NCBI GenBank assembly: GCA_973895155.1
Contig: OZ316892.1
Span: forward strand, 4,858,510 to 4,922,509
Length of the DNA stretch: 64,000 nt
Source: Marsupella aquatica
Taxonomy: Eukaryota > Plantae > Marchantiophyta
Direction of reading: 5' to 3'
Notes under the pieces: model-generated
Told to the model about the DNA's origin: nothing
What the model saw: the letters and a program-made list of their open reading frames with translations, nothing else
Databases searched by the model: none
Made by a program: the position numbers and the translations under genes
Shown: positions 24,201-35,981 of the stretch, in pieces
Position numbering within the stretch: the first letter of the stretch is position 1
Layout of the letters: each line of letters opens with the position of its first letter

Positions 24201-24900
24201 TATGACTCTTCTGGAACTCAGGCCGCTGATCGGCCATTGTTGGTGATAGGGGCCCGCCATTGAGCATGCTACCCACTCCACATGGTGTGGGATAGGGTGC
24301 CCCTCAATCCTGGGCCACTAGTTATCACTAATTGGCAAAGCAATAGTTTTTATGACCAAACTTTTGCACAATGATAGGGCATCACCCAACTTTGGGCAAA
24401 ACACTCCCAAGTTGTACGACTTTCAAGTCATTTGCCCAAAGGGGTGCAAACCACTCATATTTTGTCATTTGCAAGGGATTTTGCGTCATTTATGCAAGTG
24501 ACTGAATATTTTCGTCATTTATAGAGTCATAGGATACGTCATTCTTGCGTATGACACAAAAACAAGTCATTCATGATGTCAATGCGGTAGTCAAGCATGC
24601 CATGGACAATATGACCCGTTGGGAGTTTCGGGGGCTAATTTGCAATATCCGTGATTGTAGCCGGCCATTAGGGATGCTACCCACTCCACATGGTGCGGAA
24701 TGGGGTATTTGACAACCCTCGGCCACTAGTTATGCCAGTTGGCTTCCACAACACTTTTTAACACGCACATTCTGCATCATGGAAGGGCATCACTCAACTT
24801 TGGGCAAAACACTCCCAAGTTGTACGACTTACAAAAAATGGTCATTGATGTCAATGCAACAATCATGTAAGCCACACACAATATGACTCATTACACCCCT
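21290..24900. repeat. Tandem array of ~9 x 408-bp units, each with a conserved 52-bp hairpin
   Basis: Anchor CTTTGGGCAAAACACTCCCAAGTTGTA recurs at 21534, 21942, 22350, 22757, 23165, 23573, 23981, 24390 and 24798 (407-409 bp period). Confidence 0.95.
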
Positions 24901-27900
24901 TGATGACATATTCCGCCATATTGATGGTAGGAGCCAACCATGAGTTACATACACAAAACAATGATATATATAGGGTGTACAACGGAACATGCATAATTAT
25001 GTTCATAAAAGGGCAGGGTTTAGGGTGAAGTGTTAAAATTAGACTAAGTCAGTCCACAATTATGTTTGAATGGGATCCTTCCAAACATACCCCCAAGCTC
25101 GCCCCCAAGACCTCATCACTCAATAAGCTCCCCCTTGTATGTATTTATATGTTTTGGGGGTCATAATGGTTTAGGGTGCACATGCCCCCCCCCTTTCCTA
25201 AGGGTCTCCCAAGTCTTTTGATGGGGGATAGGATCACAGCATCTGGACCATCTATGTAGCATCTATAATCATCCCCTCATGCAATCGTGGCCCTTTGCAC
25301 AGGAATGTTATTTTACACTACCTCGCATTGGATGCCTTCCTTAGTCCGGTCAAACATCGAGAACAACATATCGAATGTTGCGTTTTGTGTCCTAGTCGGT
25401 GCAGGTTTACGTGAAGGGTTTACCGTTGCAATGCAGTGCGTGCTCAGGCAGAGTGCTCTCACATTGTCACCCGACAACATTAGGGCTGTGAATTTCCTCG
25501 TAGCGATAAGCGGGGAGTCAAGGTGCGACCTTCAGTTGGTGCTGTGGGAAGTGAGTGCACAACCTTGGTGCTGCGGGGAGTCAAGGTGCGACCTTGGTGC
25601 TGCAGGGAGTCGACGGACTAAACTGCGGGGAGTCGATCGACCTTGGTGCTGCATTCGTGGGTAGACATTGAAGGAGGGCCGCTAGGAGGGCCGCTGCGCT
25701 TGGCTGCCATTGTCGAGGCCCCGGGTCGAGGCAGGTAGGAGGACAGCTGCTACCATCATCGAGGGCAACCTGCTTGCAAAATGGGAGAGTGATGAGTTGT
25801 TGTGTGGGAGGTGCGGGTTTCACCATGGGGAGGTTTGCGCTTGGAGGTTGAGACCAAGCTCTTCATTGGAGGATTGCCTTATTTTGACTGCAAAGGTTTT
25901 TGAGAACCAGCTCAGTGGAACTCAGCTTGCTCAGTGGAAACTTGCAGCTTCTTGTCACTAAGGTTGGCTACTTACAGAGCGAGCTTGGTGGAGAAAGGAC
26001 TCCGCAACACCGTTGCTCCCTCGGACTATCTACAGAGCGCAAGCTCCTGTATGTGCAAGTTGAGACCCGGGACCTTCAATGTTGTAGCTGCCTCCAACCT
26101 GCAACGCTGCTGCAACGCCATTGCTCGCAAGTTGCTACAGAGCGCAACCTCTTGCGACTTCCACCTCAAAGGTATGACCTGGATGATTGGAGTCAGTGGA
26201 TAGTTGCACATTCTCTGTCCAATTTATGTGGCACTACGTCCCCCAAGTAAGTATCTGGCCGTGCTGCAATGTTGTGCTTCGATGTTGTGCTTTGAGCTGC
26301 GATGAAGGTGGACATGCATTAGAGATACCCTGTGTGTCCCAAGCACTAGAATAGACTGTGGCCTACTTTGCTTTGTCTGTCCTTGACGTTGCTTGATGCC
26401 ACACACAGCGGCTTCATCACATCAAGTGTTCCGCAGACTCTCGTCTCTTATTTCAAGCTTCCTATTTCTACCAACATTGCTCTGAGTCTTAAAAAACTTT
26501 AATGATCGATTCCTCTTCAATGCTCTCTGTTGCTCTCCAGAAGTTTGCGTTCCTGATTGTATTCTTGTTCATTTTCTATTCATTTTTGTTCAGTTTCTGT
26601 CCTTGTCTGGCCATACCTCAATTTTTGTCTTTTCTCATACTCTGCTTACTGTGCTCTGTCATGCAGTATACTCATTTACTACAGATTGAATGTGGAGCCG
26701 ATTGGAGGTGGGCATTGGAGTTGCAACGACCAGCAAGGTGAGTCCAAGAGGATTGCATCCTCAAGCTTAGGGAAAGAAAAGCTGTTTTTTCCTTGTATCC
26801 CCCGTTCTATCCTACTCCTCCTGCATGCAATAATTTCTGACTGTATTCTCGTTTCTTACCTGTGTTGGACATACGTGCATATCTAAAGAGACTAGTTGTT
26901 GCTGAGGTGCGATTGGATCTGCATTGGAGCTGCATTCCTGCCTGCATCATCCAAAGATTCTAAGGAGGATTGGAGCTCTGTTTTACAATTCGCGCCATTT
27001 GTAAGTATCTTGTGCTCAAATACTAGAGAGCAGTCTTACAAATTTTTTGCGATGCTGTCAGAGGTGTCTAGATTGTTGGACTATTGAATTGGTTGCCCAT
27101 TCTTTGTGTTCTTCCTATTGCTGGTACTTATTTTTTGTGGAACATCCTAGTGAATTTAAGCTACGCAAATTGCCATAAGTCACAAAGGCATCTTTCATGC
27201 CATCTGGATATTGTGCCATTAAATTTTACGTTCCATTTCTTACATGATTGTGTTGGACTGACATTGGACCGTCCTGCATATCTGAAGAGACTTGTTGCTG
27301 CACCGGTGCGGTTAGTATTGGATAACCCTAAAGCTGCATTCCCATAGGCTGCAGCATCCAGGGATTCTAAGGAAGATTGGACCCTTGTTTGGTGGTGCTG
27401 CTACACAAGAAGGCTCCAGTGGAGGTGGGCTTGCTTGCATCCATGTCGTGTGTTTGTTGTTGTGATCGATTGGGTTGCTGTTGAGATTTATTTTTCTTGA
27501 ATTTAGAAAATGCTTAATTGAGTCGTCTTGACTGTTTTTTCTTCACTAAGTAACAAGGCGGCCCCAAGAGACTCTGAATAAAATCCCTAAATCCTTGAAA
27601 GAACATTATTTTAAGAGTTGTGGTGACTTTCTACAGTGGTGACTTGATGTGGAGGTGAGCTTGTTTCTCAGTGAAGGGGGGCCCAGTCCACTGTACTCAG
27701 ATAATGACTTGTGTGCAGTGGCCAGTATACCAGTTCCTTTCTTTGTGCAAGTAAGACCTGTGAATGTTTAAATGAGTTTTTAAAAGGATAGAGGTTTTAA
27801 TCCGATGTAGTTAGCCCCCCCCCCCCAAGAAGAGCTACAGCCCTGTCTATACTATCCCCAGTCGCTACTGAATTCTACCTGCTCCAACAAGTATTGAATG

Positions 27901-28244
27901 AGTACAATTTCAGTGAACAATATTTAATTTGTGTGCTCTATGGTCTTCACAGTGGTTGCCTTTTTGAATGAACTTCTCTTTGACTCTTCTGAACATTTTT
28001 TCCAAGTCTGCCTGACACTAAACCCTGAACTGCTTGCTCTCTGTGCAGAGCACCCTTAAGCCAAAGCCAAGTTATTTTTGACATTGCTTGTACTCCGTGA
28101 GATCGAGGTGGGCAGGACATCTCCTGATTTGTACTAAGACCTCTTACGGTAAGTACACTATGTCCAAATACCATCTTTGTACTTGTCTGTTGCCCTTCTC
28201 CATACACTTCTTGTAATATTCAAGGTAATTGTGCAGATCCACGC

Positions 28245-28958
28245 ATGACATCGGGCATGGCACGAGCTGCTGCTGCCTGGCTGGATCCAAAGTTTGCCCA
28301 TAAAGAACACCTTCGCTTGGATCCCCCTTGTTGTTTTGAATGTGATGAGGGAGGTACTGTTTTGTTCTGCGATGGGCCTTGCAGTCGTCATTTCCATTAC
28401 TTAGTTCATGGCCAGCAAGCTCCTCAGGAGCCTGATGGCCATGGGCCTGAGTGCACACCCGTTGCCATTTCTAGAGGGCATGATTGGGCCAAGGAGTGGC
28501 TCTATGACCTCTGTCAGCAGAACCAAGGTCGTTGCTTTGCTTGTGGACTACTTGGCCGAACCGTAAAGCCCACTGCAGATGAGCCCCTTGTGGTCCAGTG
28601 TGCACAAGATGACTGCTCTTCTTTTTATCACGTGGGTTGTCTGCGGACCATACTGAGGGCAAGGGAGTTGCCTCTCCTGGGGTACGCACAAAACTCAGAT
28701 GCACATCCCGCTGCTCTGATATGCCCAAGGCATTATTGTGATGTTTGCAAGGAGTATCGGGATGGCATCTGGGAATTCATCCAGTGTCGTAGGTGCCCTC
28801 GTGCGTGGTGCAGGGATGAGGGACCAGAGGCAGACAAACACCTCAAGAGAGGGGTGAAGGGTAGAGAAACGTGGGATATTGGTCCATGGCGTATGGTGTA
28901 CTGCAATCGCCATGTCATTCCAGAGAGTTCTGATGTGCCACCTCATGATTTCAAATAG
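28245..28958 (+). CDS. Tandem PHD-finger protein/exon (EDM2/NSD-like arrangement) carried inside CACTA-2
   Basis: CFECDEGGTVLFCDGPCSRHFH ... CFACGLLG ... VVQCAQDDCSSFYHVGC ... ICPRHYCDVC ... IQCRRCPRAWC ... VYCNRH. A splice-acceptor-like TGTGCAG lies just upstream. Confidence 0.8.
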   Translation: MTSGMARAAAAWLDPKFAHKEHLRLDPPCCFECDEGGTVLFCDGPCSRHFHYLVHGQQAPQEPDGHGPECTPVAISRGHDWAKEWLYDLCQQNQGRCFACGLLGRTVKPTADEPLVVQCAQDDCSSFYHVGCLRTILRARELPLLGYAQNSDAHPAALICPRHYCDVCKEYRDGIWEFIQCRRCPRAWCRDEGPEADKHLKRGVKGRETWDIGPWRMVYCNRHVIPESSDVPPHDFK

Positions 28959-31331
28959 ATGATAAGCCTTAGTTCAGTTGTGTCGAAAACACTGCCTAGT
29001 ACAAAGTATATTGAACTTGTCATGGGTTAAGGACTTCTGGAGGATACTGGACACAAAATGGACTAAAGGGGTACAGTGGAGCACCAGAGTTTTTTGTTGG
29101 ATGAAAATGGAGTGAAGTGTCAAGTTGGATTCAATGGACTAAACTGAAATGGACTAAAGCAGGATGATTGTATGAAATGGACTAAACTGCCTGATTGTAT
29201 GAAGTGGACTAAATTGTCTCACTGTATGAAGTGGACTACACCTGTGGTTGAGACTGTTTGCCCTAGAGTAGAGCAACACTTAGTGGAGAAAGACCAGTAT
29301 CAATTCTGATTGTATGATGACTGTTACAGCTGTACTCAGCAATATATGAACAGCCTGAATGGAGATACATAACAAAAGAACTAAAACACTAAAAAACATC
29401 ACACTGACCTTAGAGGCAAGACCTAAAATCCACCCAAGGTCTTAAAAATGTTGTTGTCCCTTTGAGGGATCTGGCCATAAGAAGGCAAACTTTACATAAT
29501 GTCTCTCAAGTTTTGTAGTACTGCCTTTCTAAACCTACAGCCTTAAGAACTCCTTCAACCCTTCAACCTGGGTCGATCTCTGAACTTCGTCATTTTTGAT
29601 AATTTGAAGACTGAGTGACTGTATTTTATTCTGACTATTGCACAAAAACACAGTATGTGACATTATGTAGATTACATGAAATCCTTTGAGGCCCTTGCCC
29701 ATATGTATCCTGGTTTGTGTGGGGATGATGAAATGTTGTGATCTGAATCTATTCTAGTACCTGCCCAAAACAAACTGCCTTGATGAAGATGATCATTTCA
29801 ACAAATGAATTCAAAAGTCACAGAATGAAGGAGGGGATTGTTGGACATTATGATTAATGTTTGTTATTGTATTCACTGTTTTGAAGGGTCTGAGATTGCT
29901 GACTACTGTGAACACCCTTGCCCTAAATCTGGTTGAGGTAGGCCTCTATTTGGTCTTGTAAACTTTTGTCATTTTCATTTGTACAATTCAGGTCTCCTTC
30001 AAATACCCATTGTCACTTACAGTATGAATTGAGATTAGGTAACGTGTACCCAAGTAAATAATTTCTGATCAAGTTGCTAATATGTAATCTGTTTACCTTT
30101 TGTTGGCATGCATGTACTATTCTATTGGCAATGAAGGCTAAAGTGGGAGCTGCCTTTACCTCAGTTGGAGTACTGTGCCTCAAATGTATGTCTATTCTTC
30201 ACTTGTGCACACATTTGCTTCACATGACGGTCTAGAAGATGGTATGGAAGGGTTTTGGAGTTGTCTAGAACAAATTCATATGCTCTGCAAGATGTGACAG
30301 AAGAAAGACGTGCAATTGTGTTTTTGATTAGGTAGTGCTGCAATCATGGCTTCTTCTAGCCAGGCTGGGTCACATAACACTGCACATACAATAGAGGCAA
30401 ACAACCTGAGAAGATTACCTCTTTCCCATCCACGTCGAATACAGCGTCGTGATGATAACTTATGGGCTCGGGAACAGACAGCTTGCTCTGGTAGTGTTGA
30501 TCATAGAATGTATTGCTCTTGCATGGAATGCAAAGGGATTGTTAAGACTACTCGAAAGACCAGTCGACAACATCTTCTTAAATATGGCCGCTACCCTGCC
30601 TGTCGAGTGTGGGTAGGAGAGGGTGAAGACTCTTCTGATGAGGAGTGGAGATCCAATTACATTCGTAACTCTGGTCCAGAGGCACTAAGGGCAGGAATGT
30701 CTCGAGAGGCATTCCACTCAGGCCAGCCATCAATAGATGTTGAAGAGCAGGTCAGAGTTTTACTTCAGGAGACATTGGCAAGAGCTTCTGAAGAGTCTGA
30801 CGAATATGTGGATAATGATCCTCCTTTTGATATAGATTCAATGTTTCAAAATGATGAGAATGAGGCAGGTCCACCCTCTGCTGAGACCAGGGCTGAGGAC
30901 ACACCTGCAGCAGGGCATCCTATAAATCCTGTCCCTCTGCAAGGGTCTTTAGAAGAAGCCATGAGACCCTTATTTCCAGGCAGTAAGACTGATGTAGTTT
31001 CCTTCATGTTGTTGTTTTTAAACATCTGTCACAACAATAGGTTCTCAAACACGGGAGTGAATGCCATGCTGTCTTTGTTGACTGAGCATGGAATGCCAAC
31101 AGAGCACACTCTCCCTAAAAACCTATATGCTGCAAAACAATTACTAAGAAAATTGGGTTTAGACTATGAGAGAATCCCAGTCTGTGAGAATGGATGTATG
31201 TTGTTTAGAAATGAGACTGCAGAGTTGGACAATTGTTCCAAGTGTAATCAGCCAAAGATGAAGTTAGTGGGGAATTCTTTACAGCCTGCAAAGGTCTTGA
31301 GATATTTCCCTATAATCCCTCGATTGAAGAG

Positions 31332-34300
31332 TGTGATGCCTAGACAGGAATCACTCGGCCGGTTAAGTGGGTAAAGCAGGAAGGCACCCTAGGAACACCT
31401 TAGTATAGTGACAAAACAAGGAAAATATAAACAATTAGGGGCAACCATGGAACCCGGGCAGAGGCCGGAGGTAAGGCTGAGGGTGAAAACCCGATTAGGG
31501 TTAGGGCGCGTTAAGCATCGGCGGCTAGGAAGGATCAACGGGAAGAAGGACCGGCAGAGGAGAGGGGTAAGAAGCGCTTGCAGGAGATGGTGGCTCATTT
31601 GCGAGCACGAACTAGGCAGACGACTACGGGAGGCCAACTACTGTCAGCTGCTTAGGCAAGCACTCGGGGAGAGAGTAGATACCGACGATCAACCTAAGGA
31701 GGGTATGAGCAACGTCAATCAAGCGGCACATTTCTGGGGATGCCTGTTCGAACGGGCAACTGAGTACATCAAGACTTACGAGGACGAGGAGTCAGAAAGG
31801 GCAGCTCGAGAACGGCAGGAGCTCGCTCGATTGTGGGAGCTGCAGAAGACGGCTTTCTTAGGAGGCGAACTCATCAAGAACGAGTTCCTGTGGACGCCTA
31901 CTTCCAATCAACTCGACGATCTTCTGTTTTGCAAAGACAGCGTCGTCGGCATCTGAGAGGCCATCAAGAACTGCAACGACATACACTGGGAATTAAAGGG
32001 TAGCACGGAAAGGTGGACCCGGGCAACGGTGCTAGGAGAAACCTCCACGGCAACAGAGATGAAGAGGAAGGGAGCCGTCAACGATGAAGCCACCCCGGCA
32101 AAAAGAACGAGGTCGGCGGCACCAAAGAAGCCAGCCGAGCAGCAGAGCAGGAGGCAGGGAGAAGCCGAAGAGGAGGAGGTCGATCCCATCAAGGCCATTC
32201 CAACCAGGGATGACACCTGGAAGGGCTGGGCGGCAACCCTACCGGTGGAGGTGCAACTACATTTTGCATGGGAGGAGGATGCATGCTTTACGGCCATGCA
32301 GACCAAGAAGTACCAAGGCTTCATGGCCGGATCCGGCTTGGAGGCCTTTGTAAGATTACCATGGCTGAAGCCGGAGGTACCGGAGTCAGACCTATTAGAA
32401 TTCGTGGGGTCATGGGAACCCGAGACCAATTGCACGAGGATATATGGGAAGGATTTCTATCTTACTCCCAAGGTGATTGCCGAAGTGTTTGGCTTGCCGA
32501 TGGGCAATAAGACCAAAGTTGATACCAGGAAGACCTTGCCTGACAAGGAGTTCCGGTCGTTCCCCGGGCCATCAACGAAGAATGGCTTCTTCCGGAACAC
32601 CTGCACCAACCCGCACATAGGAGAGATGATCGACTTCTTGCGGGTGACCATGCATTGTAACTTGCCGAGGGCAGAGATCGGCAAGGCACAGGTCTATCTG
32701 GCAGAAAGGCCAGACCCAAGCCGGGACTACAACGGGTACCTCCTCAACCAATTGAAGAAGATCTTAAAGGAGGAGCAGCAGGTAATCGGCATGGGGAGCG
32801 TGTCGCGGCTTGGCTATCACATGCCGCTGTTGTGCCGGTATGCCAGAGGTCAGACTTTTGCCCCGGTACTTCCCCTGCAGGTAAGGGCACCCGAGGAAGC
32901 TCCAACGCCGAGGCCGTTGGCTGAGAAGCCTCAACCACCTGTTAGTCCTACGATCGAGCAGGTGTTTAGGCCCAGGAAGGAAGACTTGCCGATGCAGCAA
33001 CCAGGCATGCAGAGTCTGCTGAAACTACTGGAGAAAGAAAAGAGATCGGCATCGGCAAAAACAACGGCAACGGCAACAATGCAGGACACTACTACAGAGG
33101 TAGGCCTACACCGGCTCACAAGAGAAAACCCCTTTGCTGGAGACAAGGAGAGAATCAGGCCAGAATCCAAGCCAGGTGTTCGAATGTACGTGGGAACCTC
33201 AAGCTCCGAATCTGAGGCAGAATTGCCTGAAGCTCCTACCGAGGAAGAGGAGAGGGAGAAGCCGGAAATCCAAGAGGTAGAGGAGGCAGTGGAGGACTGC
33301 AGCCATGATAATTCCGGCTATGGGTCGGACCATCACGTTCCAGGAGTAAGGACCTGTGGCCGGTTTGTCCCCACACTTCCAAGGGTAGTGCGAGGGGACC
33401 CCAACCAGCAGAGTAGCCCTGAGTCTCCCCCACCAGATGTTGCTCCCCCGAGCTTCGACGGCATAAAACAGACGGTGCAGGAATTTCAGGAGCGAATCAA
33501 GCAGGAGGAAGAGGCCGCCCTGGCTAAGGAAAAGGATTTACCAGGAGGAGATTGGCCGGAGGACATCAGGCGGCTAGCCGAAAAAGGAAGCAAACCTCTA
33601 GCCACGATTGAAGAGATCCGCAGGACGGCTTGGGAGCAGAGGCCACGATGGGCGATGCCGATCACTTCTACTTACTCCACCTACGCTAAGAATAGAGCCA
33701 TGGAGTATGGTGAGATGTGTGGGGAACTTGCGCTCGGCATCTTTGGAGAGGAGTTGGAGGTAGGACCCTTTTTCCATAGGGAGCAGTTGGAGAAGCACCA
33801 ATTAGAAGAAGCGGTGGCTTTAGAGAGAAGCAAGAAGGACGAGGTCATTCGGCGGCTTAGGAGGATGGAAGCCGAGATTGAAGATCTAAGGGCGGCCAAG
33901 AAAGCCCAAGATGAACTGCGGATTAAACGACATGAGCTGAACATCATGCAGGGGCAGTTGGACGCCGCGCAGGCTGATAATCAGAATATCAAGGATAAAC
34001 TGACTCAGACGCAGGAAGAGTTGGCCGACACGATCAAAGAAAGGGAAAAGTGGAAGCAAGAGCTGAAGAATACAGAGGAGGCCCACATAACAGCCAACAG
34101 CCGGGCCATGGCGGAGACCCAAAGAAAGGAATGGGCGTTGAAAGGGGAGCTCGAGAAAATCCGCGGAGCCCTTGAGCAGAAGGAGGTCGAGTTAGGGAAA
34201 TCCTATCAAGGGATTATGGCGCTGCAGCAGGAGCTTGCGTCCCTGACGGCCAGCTTCAAGGCCGACCTAAGGGAGAAGGACGAGATGCTCGAACAGACTT

Positions 34301-35981
34301 ACGCCAAGATGAACCAGATGGAGTCTGTCATCATTGCAGAGCTCGACAAGGAGCTAAGAGCAACCCAGGAGGAGAAGGCTACCTTGAAGAAGGAATTGGA
34401 GGAAGCCCACAGGGAGCAGGAGGAGGCCAAAAACGAGCTGGAGGGGGCACGTAAGGACCTGGATGAAACCCAAGAGGAGTTGGAGGAAATCACGAGGAAG
34501 ATGGAGAACCTACAGCGGCGGGCCGACAACCAAACAGAGCGGCTGAAGAAACAAGCCGCAGTATTTAAATGCTTAGCTGCAGCAGGTCCATCTCCTGTTG
34601 GGACAAACCAGTTACCAGGGGTGGTAATTGCCGAAGGACAAGCCGCGCCACCTGCACCAGTGCCGGAAGTAAGTGGGAAGGGGAAGGGACCAGCTGCCGA
34701 GCCACCAACGAAGAAGAAGCGGAAACCTTCAGGGTCAAGGAGTAATACGACTTCACAGGCCGTGGTGATCAAGGAGGTAGACCCAGCACCGACCCCAGAC
34801 AGGGTCACGGCTAAGGATCCAACTACCCTAGGGGAAGGGGAAGCCGAAGCCGTGGGAGTGGCTGAAGCCGAAGCCGTGGGAGTGGCTGAGGCCAAAGCCG
34901 TGGGTATTGCCGAGGCCGGTGTCGAGGCTGAAGCCGAAAGTGGACCCAGTCAGGCCGATGGAGAGTTGACTCGGTCAAGGGCAGGTAATCTGTCAGTAGG
35001 CGGGCCAACGGCAGTGGCTGAGGAGGAAGTGTTGGGGGCGTCCATTGAGGATCCACCACCGGTGTCGTGACGGTGCAAGGGCGCCGTTCCTTTTAGGGAG
35101 GGCGGACGTGGAGGGAGGAGGCGTGAATGGGCAGGGCGGGCACGGATCTCCACGTTTAGGATTAGGATCAGAACCAGGAGCGGCCCTGACACTTAGCTTA
35201 GTGGGATTGCGGTCCCACTAGTAGGAGCAACACTTGTGCTCCTGCCTTGCTGTACATAGGTAGATTCGGGCAAGTAGATTACTGTTAAGTAGATTAGGCT
35301 TACGATGCAAAGAATGGCGGATCCACTACCAGGATAAGTACCTGGGCAGCGGGGAGCTCAGGGCCTCTTCTTTAGCAAGTTTTTAGTTTGCACCAGCCGG
35401 GCTGGGATCAAGTAGTACGAGAAGCTCTCGGTTAGTCATACAGTGACCCTTGTGTATATTCATGTTTCCTCATGCCTAAGAGCTGAATAGAGTTGGCCTC
35501 ACGGCTTAGTTCGCAGAACTTGTGTATGAGATGTACTGTTTGTATGGCAAGTGCATGGTATGACTCAGTCAGAATGAGTCATTTTGCTATTTGTGTGTCG
35601 CATTAACTTGTGTGAAGAGTGCCCACATCAACAGAAGGAAGGAAAGTAAGCAGGGGAGTGAGAGTTGGATGTGTCGAGCTGAGAGAGGTCTTAGCGGCTT
35701 AACCAAGCCTATTGGGGATCATTCCGGCGGCGGAATCCAAACATACCTAACAAGATGGAGGGGAAGACAAGGGAAGGCCTAGATTAGGTCGGCTACGTAT
35801 CTCATGACCCGATGAAGGATCTGTCCAGTATATGTGTGTAAAATGTTAATAGTAGTAGTAGAAGGTTAGCAGCGTCCCATGCCGCTAAGCCGCGGAAACG
35901 GCCTCGCCAAGCACGAAACCTGCGGGAATCGGCTTGAGCTGGGGGGTTTCTTGGGTTTAGGGAGCCATGGGACGCACCACA
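31332..35981 (+). mobile_element. Family A long copy (A, 4650 bp): giant solo-LTR-like unit
   Basis: Ends TGTGATGC...GCACCACA (7/8 inverted match). Perfect 5-bp TSD AAGAG (31327-31331 / 35982-35986). Removing it restores the TnpD frame (PRLKRLY). No internal direct repeats, gag or pol seen. Strand given is the ORF strand. Confidence 0.95.
31447..35070 (+). pseudogene. ~1207-codon accessory protein ORF (conserved globular domain, acidic linker, long coiled coil, NLS-like KKKRK) with one premature stop
   Basis: The 31408-31956 and 32029-35070 ORFs are in the same frame. The only stop is TGA at 31954, where copy B has CGA. Confidence 0.85.

Noticed and set aside
22552-24246. Repeated 106-183-aa ORFs in the array
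   Set aside because: They are by-products of a 408-bp (multiple of 3) repeat. They are not open in all units and show no recognisable domain.
21290-24900. CRISPR-like reading of regularly spaced conserved hairpins
   Set aside because: The ~356-bp intervals are homologous to one another rather than unique spacers. There are no cas genes and the context is eukaryotic.
20800-25180. TTTAGGG motifs as interstitial telomere
   Set aside because: Only isolated or double units are present, with no array.
33780-34560. Coiled coil as a host myosin/SMC-like gene
   Set aside because: It is intronless, multi-copy, lies within TSD-flanked mobile units and has no motor or ATPase motifs.
33681-34895. Long antisense ORFs opposite the coiled-coil region (also 45543-46823)
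   Set aside because: Shadow ORFs of an E/K/Q-rich coding strand.
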